Assembly (NCBI GenBank): GCA_035516155.1
Contig: DATJAP010000001.1
Span: forward strand, 120,239 to 184,238
Origin: Nitrospirota bacterium
GTDB lineage: Bacteria > Nitrospirota > UBA9217
Direction of reading: 5' to 3'
DNA length: 64,000 nucleotides
The notes under the pieces were generated by a model that worked only from the letters and a program-made list of their open reading frames with translations, was not told the origin of the DNA and did not search any database. Positions 29,252 to 37,654 of the stretch are shown here, in pieces. Numbering within the stretch: position 1 is the stretch's first letter; each line of letters begins with the position of its first letter. Made by a program: the position numbers and the translations under genes.

Positions 29252-29617
29252 TCAGCTTATAAAGTCCGCTGTCATGCCAACATCTGTTATGAATGTCATT
29301 ACCAAAACCGTTGGCACGTTTTTCGCGTTGATCCTGCTCATGTCTATTGTTTCAAATAACAACTGCCTCCGTGTGCAGATGCCGCATAAGCGATACATAA
29401 GAAGACCGATATGTTGCTTTTGTGACATTCGTTACTGCGTCATCCCCCTCTGCAATACCATATTGGTGAAAATCGTCGCGTCGTCCCCATTTCCCATCTG
29501 CGATGCCATGCCTGATGACGCTCTTGAAAACATCCAGAGATCAATTCCCATCTTTTCGGCTTTGCTCAATGCAGTGCCTTTGGAGCCTGTCCCTTGCCCC
29601 ACCACAACGATGGTCAT
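29252..29617 (-). pseudogene. DsrE/YchN-like sulfur-relay-fold gene split by an in-frame TAA
   Basis: A 61-codon ORF (MTIVVVGQGTGSKG...) is followed in the same frame, after the TAA at 29432-29434, by ...LCGICTRRQ...TADFIS*. Together they are 121 codons. This resembles YchN/DsrE (KIVIVANGAPYGSE..., CKTCTDGRG, ADKVLTF) from memory. Confidence 0.4.
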
Positions 29618-29668
29618 GAATTTTCTTTGTTGTTAATGATATTCATTATCATCTTAAAGGCAAAAAAA

Positions 29669-30094
29669 TCACCTGCAGTTTCTGCAAATTCCATAAATCT
29701 CAAGCTTATGTCGCTGAGGGATAAAGTCGTTCGCCTCGGCAAGTTTATTCTGAAGCATCTCTATTTTCTCGTCGTGAACCTCAATGAATGCTCCACACTT
29801 CAGGCAGATCAGATGATCGTGATGCTCCCGTTCGTAATGCAACTCAAATCTCGCCCTGTTGTTGCCGATCTTGATTTCGTCCGCGATGCCGCATTCTGAC
29901 AGAAACTTCAGATTGCGGTGAACCGTGGCATATCCAATGTGCGGATTCTTCTTTCTGACAATGCTATACAAATCCTCAACGGTAATATGTTTTTTGGCCG
30001 AAAGAAACGCTTCCAAAATGGCTTCCCGCTGGCTTGTATACCGCAGCCCACGGTCTTTCAAGCAATCAATGAAAATCTCTCTCGCTTCCTTCAT
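29669..30094 (-). CDS. Fur-family metalloregulator (Fur, Zur or PerR type undetermined)
   Basis: The start is at MKEAREI. It has a winged-helix N-domain, HHDHLICLKCG and CRNC metal-site motifs, and 141 aa. Confidence 0.9.
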   Translation of the reverse strand: MKEAREIFIDCLKDRGLRYTSQREAILEAFLSAKKHITVEDLYSIVRKKNPHIGYATVHRNLKFLSECGIADEIKIGNNRARFELHYEREHHDHLICLKCGAFIEVHDEKIEMLQNKLAEANDFIPQRHKLEIYGICRNCR

Positions 30095-30122
30095 CACGAC
30101 CCCGGTCCTGTTTAATAATATT

Positions 30123-30172
30123 GATAATGATAATCGTTTGCAACGATACGACAAATCATGCCGGCTTGTCAA
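30123..30172 (-). promoter_or_regulatory. Fur box overlapping the promoter of the Fur-family gene
   Basis: GATAATGATAATCGTTTGC (30123-30141) matches 16 of 19 positions of the consensus GATAATGATAATCATTATC. The inverted repeat ATCGTT-TGC-AACGAT lies at 30133-30147. On the minus strand, TTGACA (30167-30172) is separated by 18 nt from TATCGT. Confidence 0.6.
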
Positions 30173-30616
30173 GACCTTTTTTCTAGGTTTTCAATTAACT
30201 TTCCTTGTAATCTCTCATTACGAATGGAAGTATGGTCGCGACAATGAAATCGGAGTCGATTTGTATTTTGGACCTCCCCTGCAGTATTTGTTTTTCTATA
30301 ATAAATATTTATCCACCGTCCTTTCAGGATTCATTTCGGCCTTTTCTTTTCCGTCAACATCTATATGGCGAAACTATCACGGATTCTGGAGAGCGAATAA
30401 TTGGGAAACATTCTGGTGATTGCGTAATTTGATATTTGACGATTGTTTCATCTTCTCGAAACTGCAGGCTCACAGATGATCCCCGAGGAACCCCTGGTTT
30501 GATTTATGCGAAGAAATCCTCTTGTGACGAATAGGGCGCTGCCGGACATCGTTTGAGTTGCATTTCTTTGCAACAAGTCATGTTGCACTCTGTATCCGCC
30601 GAATGCCCTAACGATA

Positions 30617-30706
30617 CCCTTTTGATGATATCCTTTTGCCTTGACACGCCCTTTTTTGACACACCCTTTTGATGACATTGACATAGGGTTGTATCAGGCA
30701 TATATT
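30617..30706 (+). promoter_or_regulatory. promoter cassette copy 1: CCCTTTTGA-type direct repeats plus TTGACAT-17 nt-TATATT
   Basis: The -35 box is at 30678-30683 and the -10 box at 30701-30706. It shares TTTGCCTTGACA and ATCAGGCATATATTC with copy 2. The units CCCTTTTGATGA (twice), CCTTTTGCC and CCCTTTTTTGACA lie upstream. Confidence 0.5.
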
Positions 30707-30802
30707 CATTCCGGATATTGTGAATAGTGCTGCATACAGAAGGAATGCGGCCAGCGATAATTTTAACTGTACAAAATCCCGAGTCCCCAACATATTCATG
30801 GT

Positions 30803-31306
30803 ATGCAAAACCTGATGAACCGCAAAATCTCATGTATCATGCTCATTTGCCTTTTGTTGTTGTTGTCAGGGAATTCTTACGGGCAGGATCAACAGGAAAA
30901 TCCTCGGATCAGTTCGATGGCCGGATACAACGTTGAGGTGAGCGCGATGAACAATCGCGACATCGTAAACGCGGGTCTATGGATGGCCGAGCAAGGATTG
31001 TTGGCGCACGTGGGGTTCTATGATATCAAGCCAAAAAATGAAAGCGGAACCTATGGAGCTGATATCGGCATGGGCTATTGCGCCACGGGTTATTATCTAT
31101 GGCCTTTTGCTGAAGTTGGTATGAAGGTGGGAGCGGGCGCGGGATTAACTAGTTTCAGTGGCGAGTTTTATCCTAAGATTGGCATAGGCATGCCTATAAA
31201 CAATCAGATGCTCGTTTACATAGGTTATCTGTACAGCTTTTCGACTCAGGGCAGACATGCAGATTATTCGGCCGCTAGCATCGGTTTTGTGTGGGCAATC
31301 TTTTAA
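30803..31306 (+). CDS. small outer-membrane beta-barrel protein (hypothetical)
   Basis: Signal peptide, alternating aromatic/Gly-rich strands, and a C-terminal ...GFVWAIF. The start is uncertain (30803 or 30815). Confidence 0.6.
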   Translation: MQNLMNRKISCIMLICLLLLLSGNSYGQDQQENPRISSMAGYNVEVSAMNNRDIVNAGLWMAEQGLLAHVGFYDIKPKNESGTYGADIGMGYCATGYYLWPFAEVGMKVGAGAGLTSFSGEFYPKIGIGMPINNQMLVYIGYLYSFSTQGRHADYSAASIGFVWAIF

Positions 31307-31800
31307 CTTGATTGACGGATGTCGAGGAAATTCGGGATGCGAGCAAAGGCGAAGGGCGCTGCTTCGTTCAGGGGCCAGGCCGTGGCCTACGCAGAGGCGC
31401 GGGCACGGCAGGACTTGCAGGTGATTGCGGTGTTCGCTGGCGAATGCGTTGGGCTCATTCATGACCGCCTCCCCTGGGCAAATATTGTCGAAAGCAGAGT
31501 TGCACTAGCACGGGCGCTGGTACAACGCAGCGCCACGCTGGACTTTGCGTAAATAACGATCGCCATCCAGCGGTCTCTCGAGGGGATCGAGAATTCCGTC
31601 GAAAGAGGCATGATGCAAAGGACCAAGGGCTCGCACGAAGTGGAGGCGAGAAAGAGGATACGATCTGAGACAGAGAGGAAACTGGATGAAATCAAAGACG
31701 GGCTCACGCGAATCAAGACGGCAGCCGAGATCGTAAATAAGGGGAATCTTGCCGATGCGGCAGATATTAGTTGCGCTGGTAATCAAGAAAGGAATTATGC

Positions 31801-32271
31801 ATGTTTGAGATCGATATCCCCGGCTTTGGTTTGGTCAGACTGGCACACCTGGTTTCGGATTTTACCGGCACATTGTCCGTGGATGGTAAACTATTACCAC
31901 GAGTGGCTGCGCGGCTGAATACGCTGGCGGAGTTAATGAAAATACACATCCTCACCGCCGATACCTTCGGCAAAGCGCAGGCTGAACTGAAAGGCATCAA
32001 CTGCGAAATACATATTTTAACTGGAGCAAATCACGATGTACAGAAAGAAGCGTATGTAGCGAAACTTGGTGCGGAGAGCGTAACCGCATTTGGGAACGGA
32101 AATAACGACCGGAAAATGCTCAAAATAGCGAGGATCGGAATCGCGGTGTCAGAGGGAGAAGGATGTTCTGTTGACGCGATCGTAGCAGCGAATATCCATG
32201 TGCGGAGCGCGGTCGATGGTCTGGATTTATTGCTGAACCCGAAGAGGCTCAAGGCGACGTTGAGATTTTAA
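31801..32271 (+). CDS. HAD-superfamily hydrolase, soluble P-type-ATPase-like (COG4087 type)
   Basis: HAD motifs are present: DFTGTLS motif I, ILTADT, and GNGNNDRKML motif IV. Confidence 0.8.
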   Translation: MFEIDIPGFGLVRLAHLVSDFTGTLSVDGKLLPRVAARLNTLAELMKIHILTADTFGKAQAELKGINCEIHILTGANHDVQKEAYVAKLGAESVTAFGNGNNDRKMLKIARIGIAVSEGEGCSVDAIVAANIHVRSAVDGLDLLLNPKRLKATLRF

Positions 32272-32286
32272 CGGGAGGACGACGCC

Positions 32287-32655
32287 ATGACCAGGATTTT
32301 TGTGCGGTAGCATCTGATAAAATCGTAGCTCAACATTCTCTTGCTATTGCCATTAGAGACACGCTCCCTGTTTCCCCTGGACACGTACTGATCACACCGA
32401 AGCCCCATACCGCATCGATTTTTGAGGCAATAGGGACGAAGTCGCTGCTTATGGAACTCCTTGCAGAATGCGAAAATCACCATGCTTACGGAACAGGCTC
32501 CGATGGTTTCAATATCGGCACCAACGAGGATCTGGCAGCAGGGCAAACCATCCTCCATCTGTATCCATCTGATACGGGGATGTGCCGCCGGAAACCCACG
32601 CAGCGGTATCAGGCTGATTCATTGCGGATTTGGCATCCCATTGAAATCCCGTTGA
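32287..32655 (+). pseudogene. HIT-family hydrolase gene with two frameshifts
   Basis: The reading is MTRIF / CAVASDKIVAQHSLAIAIRDTLPVSPGHVLITPKPH...GFNIGTNEDLAAGQTILHL / IHLIRG...NPRSGIRLI across three frames. There is a -1 shift at the T5 run (32297-32301) and 2 nt are missing inside the HxHxH codons (32559-32563). Confidence 0.75.
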
Positions 32656-32739
32656 AATCCCGTTGAAAAGGACATCATTTTTACTTTGCCTTGACATCCC
32701 GTTGAAATCGTTGACATCTCCCTGCATCAGGCATATATT
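32636..32739 (+). promoter_or_regulatory. promoter cassette copy 2: 11-nt tandem repeats TCCC(A/G)TTGAAA plus TTGACAT-17 nt-TATATT
   Basis: Repeat units lie at 32636, 32647 and 32658 (contiguous) and at 32697. The -35 box is at 32711-32716 and the -10 box at 32734-32739, 118 nt upstream of the GGDEF gene. Confidence 0.55.
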
Positions 32740-32856
32740 CGTGACTAACGGTGTCAAGATCCTTGTTCGGGGCTTGGATAACATGCAATTTAAAATGCTT
32801 GGATAAGTCAACTTATTCGTTCGATAAGATTTCTTCAGACCGGTAGGGGGGCATTC

Positions 32857-33762
32857 ATGGATACAGAAATGATCGTCGTTCTGCTTATCGAAGATAATCA
32901 CGACGATGCCCTACTCATTCATCGTTATTTGTCCACCGCAAAGAAGGTTTTATATCAGGTCCATCATGTTGACGAACTCCGTAAAGGGCTGGAATACCTG
33001 AATAGCGGGAGTGTTGATGTGGTGCTACTGGACCTCGGCCTGCCGGACGCCCATGGCCTCAGCGCTTTTGAAAAGGTACATGCTCTATCACCCAATGTCC
33101 CCATAATAGTTCTGACTGGTCATGATGATGACGATTTGGCTATGGAAGCCGTTCACAAAGGCGCACAGGACTATCTCGTAAAAGGACAAATCGCCGGTAG
33201 TCTACTGCAGCGCTCTATCCGCTATGCGATAGAGCGCAAAAAGGCGGCCGAGGAGTTGAAGCGGCTCAACGAGCTATTAGAGCGTCAGGCAACCACCGAC
33301 CCGCTAACGGGCATCTTAAACCGGTTGAAGTTCAACAATACCCTGAACTCCGAGATCCAGCGGTCGAAACGGTACGCTATTCCGCTCTCCCTGATCATGT
33401 TCGACATCGACCATTTCAAAAATATCAACGATTCCTATGGCCATCATGTGGGCGATAGGGTTCTGTATGAAATCGTTGGACTGGTTAAGGAGAATATCAG
33501 AGTTCATGACTTCTTCGCACGGTGGGGCGGCGAGGAGTTCATGCTCTTGGCGACTAACACCGAGCAGGATAATGCTCGATTACTCGCGGAAAATCTGCGC
33601 TTCATGATTGGACGGCATCATATCCAGGGAGTCGGGAGAGTAACGTGCAGCTTCGGTGTGGCACAGCTCATCAACGATACTGAAGATCAACTCACCCAGC
33701 GGGTGGACCGCGCATTATATCAGGCAAAGGCGAACGGGCGGGACCGGGTAGAAATGGCCTAA
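32857..33762 (+). CDS. response regulator receiver fused to a GGDEF diguanylate cyclase
   Basis: Receiver domain (VLLIEDNHDD..., DVVLLDLGLPD). GGEEF active site (RWGGEEF) with an RxxD I-site (RVHD) five residues upstream. Confidence 0.95.
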   Translation: MDTEMIVVLLIEDNHDDALLIHRYLSTAKKVLYQVHHVDELRKGLEYLNSGSVDVVLLDLGLPDAHGLSAFEKVHALSPNVPIIVLTGHDDDDLAMEAVHKGAQDYLVKGQIAGSLLQRSIRYAIERKKAAEELKRLNELLERQATTDPLTGILNRLKFNNTLNSEIQRSKRYAIPLSLIMFDIDHFKNINDSYGHHVGDRVLYEIVGLVKENIRVHDFFARWGGEEFMLLATNTEQDNARLLAENLRFMIGRHHIQGVGRVTCSFGVAQLINDTEDQLTQRVDRALYQAKANGRDRVEMA

Positions 33763-34081
33763 GCGCGGTGCAGGCCACGCGCCCCTCTTTGCTGACCTTC
33801 AATCAGCAATCGTAAACATTTCGTTTCCTGAATACTGGAAGCTCCTAGGTAATCATCAGAGCTGTCATATTCTGGATGCAGAAAAAGATTTCGGCTGAGA
33901 CATAGCTCTTGCCAAAATCATGTAGATGAAAAATAATGTAATGCTTAAGTGCTGGAACATGAATCACGACGTCAGGAACCGACAGCGCTCGAAGCGCCCC
34001 CCCGGGTCTCCTTAATCTCTTTTCCGGTGCTATAATTTAATTATTGAGAACAAACGTTCTGAAGAAAAAGAGGTGAATCGC

Positions 34082-34264
34082 ATGATCATCGATCTGGATA
34101 AAAAGGAACGTGACTTGCTCGTTCATGAACTGGAGGAGACGACGATTCCGCAAATCAGAGAGCTAGTGGCCTCCGGCAGCATGCGGAAGAACAGCCGCGA
34201 TGAGCTGAAAGTGGACGAAGAAGTACTGAAGAACGTGCTAGAAAAACTGAAAAAGGCCGCATGA
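34082..34264 (+). CDS. hypothetical small helical protein (60 aa)
   Basis: AGAGGTG SD 6 nt before the ATG at 34082 and a TATAAT about 45 nt upstream. The protein is charged and helical, with the C-terminus ...LEKLKKAA. Confidence 0.45.
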   Translation: MIIDLDKKERDLLVHELEETTIPQIRELVASGSMRKNSRDELKVDEEVLKNVLEKLKKAA

Positions 34265-34393
34265 TCTGTCACGGCTGCGGCCTTAGGTAATTCAACAATC
34301 TATCACTCGGGATTCCGGGAGAGGAAAAAAAGAAGGGGAATTCGTGCACTTTTTTTGCAGCTTTCAGGTTCTTTTGTCCTTTATAGTTTATGA

Positions 34394-35077
34394 TCACTTC
34401 CCCGGTCGGCGTTGTTTCTTTCTCCGCGCTTCTATAGCCGCTCTCACAAGAGCCGCCTCAAAGTCCGAAAAGCTCTTTATCCGTATGCCTGCTTTTTTCC
34501 ATGACTTCCGCAGGAGATCAAGGATCTTTCTCCTGTCCTTCATCAATTCCGGGACGATGCCCCTGTCTTTTGCTGCCATGACTACCAGATCTGAGGGAAG
34601 AGGATCTGCCTTTTCCCAGATGCCGCGCATCTCCCGAAGAAAAATGTTTACAGTCACATCGCCGATGCCCCTAGCGAGCGACTTGAGCCGCTGTTCAAGG
34701 TCCCGCGGATCGGCTGCGGCACTATGGAGATTCGACAAATCCATCTGGTAGTTCTCCGTCAACGCCTTGCACATGTCCAACAGCTTGGTCGCAGTCTTGA
34801 AGTCGTACCGCACATAGCCGCCCTGGTCCAGAATGGCAACGAGACCGTCCCATCCGGTATCGAGAATGGCTTTTGGAGACACTACATCCCGTGAAGCGAA
34901 TTCTCGAAAGGTCTTTTTCACGATACTTTCGGATATCCTCGCACCGAAGAGGATGGACGCAAGAAACCACTTGAAGATCTCCCGGGAACGGCCCGAAGAA
35001 AGGTTGATGCCGAGTTCAACAGAAAACCTTCCCTGGTGCTGCTTGATGAGTGCCTGTATAGACTCCGCCGCTGTCAT
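34394..35077 (-). CDS. HhH-GPD/endonuclease III-like fold protein (uncertain)
   Basis: ATGA overlap with the upstream ORF. Segments such as ILFGARISESIVKKTF and GIGDVTVNIFLREMRGIW resemble helix-hairpin-helix glycosylase-like proteins. The assignment is from memory only. Confidence 0.5.
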   Translation of the reverse strand: MTAAESIQALIKQHQGRFSVELGINLSSGRSREIFKWFLASILFGARISESIVKKTFREFASRDVVSPKAILDTGWDGLVAILDQGGYVRYDFKTATKLLDMCKALTENYQMDLSNLHSAAADPRDLEQRLKSLARGIGDVTVNIFLREMRGIWEKADPLPSDLVVMAAKDRGIVPELMKDRRKILDLLRKSWKKAGIRIKSFSDFEAALVRAAIEARRKKQRRPGK

Positions 35078-35310
35078 GACGCGTAGTACCATTCCAGAAT
35101 ATTCTCGTCGTAATAGATCCGATGAGTATTTCCGTCGCTTCCTTTCACCCTGAAGTATCGCTTTTGCGTCCTGTCCTTGAACCCTTCCTCGACCCAGCGG
35201 TCCAGGATCTTTACAATATCGATGCGGAATCCGCGAAGGATGAACGTTACGGGACGTTCTTCACCCTTGCTCCCTGAATAGGATATGACGTCGATGCGTT
35301 CAGTGTGCAT
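35074..35310 (-). CDS. hypothetical protein (78 aa)
   Basis: The ORF is translationally coupled (ATGA) to the downstream gene. I recognise no family. Confidence 0.5.
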   Translation of the reverse strand: MHTERIDVISYSGSKGEERPVTFILRGFRIDIVKILDRWVEEGFKDRTQKRYFRVKGSDGNTHRIYYDENILEWYYAS

Positions 35311-35648
35311 ACAAAAACCTTTAGATCACGGGGCTACGGCGATAATGCAATATCTTGTTCGTGCACGGAGTCAGGTTCATGAATCACTTTAATTATATAG
35401 GAAAGCAAAATAACTGTTGGGAATTATTATGTGGTCACGAGGACGCCAGCGAGATGACGATCCAATAACCGTATGTTCTTGTACGTCAGCTTAGAATCCC
35501 AACGCCCATTTTTGACATTCCACAAAACCCGTCTCATAACAAGAAATAATTTATGGGGGAAGTATCTGGCGATGGCAAGATGGGATATGATGATTCGCAA
35601 TCCAGTGTTACAGATGTTTCTCTCTAAAAACTTTTATTAGGCCGCGCT

Positions 35649-35966
35649 TCAACGTGATCGCGAACCACCAGAACGCGGTTGCGATGGAATAGACGGAATC
35701 GAGCGGGTAGCAGGCGCGGACCTGTAAGGTCGCCCAGATGGGTGGCCACCTTCCCTTTCTGGATGATGGTCACGGCCGCGATACGGCGCCACGTGGTAGC
35801 CAGGTCCCCAGCCGCCGTAAATGACACCGTAGGGTTCATAATAATCCGCCCCACTGTCCTCGTCGCCGTAGTAGCCGCCACCAGGCACAATGCAGCCGAA
35901 CAAGAAGACCATTAACGTCCAAACCACGACGTCTCGCGCTAACCGGCGTAAGGACAAGATATTCAC
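35649..35966 (-). CDS. Gly/Tyr/Pro-rich lipoprotein (hypothetical)
   Basis: The GTG start overlaps the upstream stop (GTGA). Lipobox LFGC. The mature region is low-complexity. Confidence 0.5.
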   Translation of the reverse strand: MNILSLRRLARDVVVWTLMVFLFGCIVPGGGYYGDEDSGADYYEPYGVIYGGWGPGYHVAPYRGRDHHPEREGGHPSGRPYRSAPATRSIPSIPSQPRSGGSRSR

Positions 35967-36946
35967 TTGGGCACCTCTTTACTCTCAGTGTCGGGCCATT
36001 CAAGCAATCCAAAGTGTGCCCCCAAGGGATCGGCGACAACCGCGACCTTGCCGCCGTTGCGGTCAACCCGCGGCTCGACCACCACGCGGCCACCAAGGGC
36101 AACGACCTTTGCAGCCATCTCGGCCGCATCCTTGACGCGTACGAAATTGAGCCAGTGGGGACGGGCATTGGGCCGATTCGAAGGCAGCGTATTTATGCTC
36201 GCACGAGCATAGTTGTCGGACGCGAGCAGGAGATGTTGGGCTCCCTCGCTAGAGGGCAACTCGAATACTTCGTAGTCGAATAGCTTCTGGTAGAAGGCAG
36301 CATCGGCGTCCGCATCGCTCGAGAACAACGAGGTCCAAATCCATTCTCCGGGTGCAGCCAGAACATCGGGCGGATCACCGCTGCTGGAAGCGAGGACCGC
36401 AAAAACGGCTCCCTCCGGATCCGCGAAGACTGCTTCCCGGCCGCGGTCTGGGATGCTATGCGGCTCGAACAGCACCTTCGCGGCATTTTCCAAAGCAACC
36501 TTTTTTGCCGCATCGACATCGCCCACCGCGAAGAAGCTCAGCCACGCTGGCTGTCGATGCTCACTTGCGGGCAGCTTCTTTTGAATCATACCCGCGACCG
36601 GACGACCGTCGAGTAATACCTCGGCGTATTCTTTCCCCCCATCCTGAATGTCGCGAAATGTCCACCCAAACAGTCCCCCATAGAACTGCTTGGCCGCGGC
36701 GAGGTCCGGCGTCACCAATTCAACAAATATAAGTTTGCCGACGTGATGCTCTTGGCTGGCGGGCTCAACAATCGCCGGCAGCTGAAGCGGTGCAGCCATG
36801 ACCGGCACAGCACACACAACGGCGAGAAGCACGGCGAGCAGTCCTTGCCTAAGGAAATGTCTGGTTCGCACAGGCTGCATCCTGGGCGGACTGCTTTGAT
36901 TTGGTGTTATTAAATCAATCGGCTCGGAGCTGTGTTGCGGATGCAT
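35963..36946 (-). CDS. secreted VOC-family (glyoxalase/bleomycin-resistance fold) protein, two domains
   Basis: Two VOC repeats are present (FVELVTPDLAAAKQFYGGLFGW... and IWTSLFSSDADADAAFYQKLFDY...). Hydrophobic signal LLAVLLAVVCAVPVMA. The start is uncertain (36946 has a GGAG SD; 36880 and 37051 are alternatives). Confidence 0.8.
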   Translation of the reverse strand: MHPQHSSEPIDLITPNQSSPPRMQPVRTRHFLRQGLLAVLLAVVCAVPVMAAPLQLPAIVEPASQEHHVGKLIFVELVTPDLAAAKQFYGGLFGWTFRDIQDGGKEYAEVLLDGRPVAGMIQKKLPASEHRQPAWLSFFAVGDVDAAKKVALENAAKVLFEPHSIPDRGREAVFADPEGAVFAVLASSSGDPPDVLAAPGEWIWTSLFSSDADADAAFYQKLFDYEVFELPSSEGAQHLLLASDNYARASINTLPSNRPNARPHWLNFVRVKDAAEMAAKVVALGGRVVVEPRVDRNGGKVAVVADPLGAHFGLLEWPDTESKEVPK

Positions 36947-37558
36947 CGTAGTCTCCACGTTGTGCTCTTTACTAGAACGTCGTCGCACCAACAAATGATA
37001 TGCGCCAGAGCCTGTCGCCGACAGTGTTGGGAACGCTTTTTCACCATCCACGCTAACACTTCATCTTGAGGCAAGACAGGTTCTCTTTCAAGTTTCTGAT
37101 AATACTGTTTCTTATCAGCCATTAATACCACGTGTCAATTATTATAACATAAAACCGTCTGCAAAGCGTCTACCCGTCTTGAAGTTCAGATCAGACCGAT
37201 AAAGAACCGCATGGCTAAACGGCCATCCGAAAGGCTCATACAAAGAACGTCCCCTCCTGTCACTTCGTTGTTCCGCGTGTTTCAATCCATAAATAGGCAA
37301 TTTTACCGGTTACTTACCACCGCAGCTTTTTAGACCCTCCTGTGGGCCAAGATCGATCAGGATGCTTGTGGTCCGTCACCCCAAATGGGCTCACTCACCC
37401 CTCTCCCCACCCAACTAATTCAAGGACTTACAGCATACACGAATGCGCCTTTCTTTTTGGAGGACAGGAACAGAAAAAGAACAGGAACGTTTTTGGTTTT
37501 TTGAGGCATTCATCCTCAAGCCAGAAGAAAAACGATTGAGCAAAGGCTGCTGCACTCT

Positions 37559-37619
37559 TTTCGCTTCTAAATCATTTCGCTTCTAAATCGTTGACATCGC
37601 ATTGGATATAGCATATATA
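37559..37619 (+). promoter_or_regulatory. promoter cassette copy 3: 16-nt tandem repeat TTTCGCTTCTAAATC(A/G) x2 plus TTGACAT-17 nt-TATATA
   Basis: The repeats span 37559-37590. The -35 box is at 37591-37596 and the -10 box at 37614-37619. It shares AAATCGTTGACATC with copy 2. Confidence 0.5.
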
Positions 37620-37654
37620 TTAGTTGAAATTTCATGGGAATGGGTTCTTATTAA

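Noticed and set aside
29429-29434. The in-frame stop in the DsrE-like gene read as selenocysteine or programmed readthrough
   Set aside because: The codon is TAA, not TGA, and I recognised no SECIS-like hairpin downstream.
31319-31800. ORFs 31319-31552 (plus), 31610-31918 (plus) and the overlapping minus-strand ORFs
   Set aside because: They are mutually overlapping, with no SDs or domains. 31610-31918 runs 118 nt into the well-supported HAD gene in another frame. The ...RVALARALVQ... string may be an ABC-ATPase relic, but the evidence is too thin.
32539-32549. CAGGGCAAACC, identical to the 5' core of GEMM-I c-di-GMP riboswitches, upstream of a GGDEF gene
   Set aside because: It encodes the conserved AGQT of the HIT motif inside the HIT pseudogene. 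The second half-site (ACGCAAAGCC-like) and the expected helices are missing, and the predicted promoter lies downstream of it.
32636-32707. Tandem 11-nt repeats considered as a mini-CRISPR or an iteron origin
   Set aside because: The units are contiguous with no spacers and far too short for CRISPR. There are no cas or rep genes nearby. The position directly on a consensus promoter favours a regulatory role.
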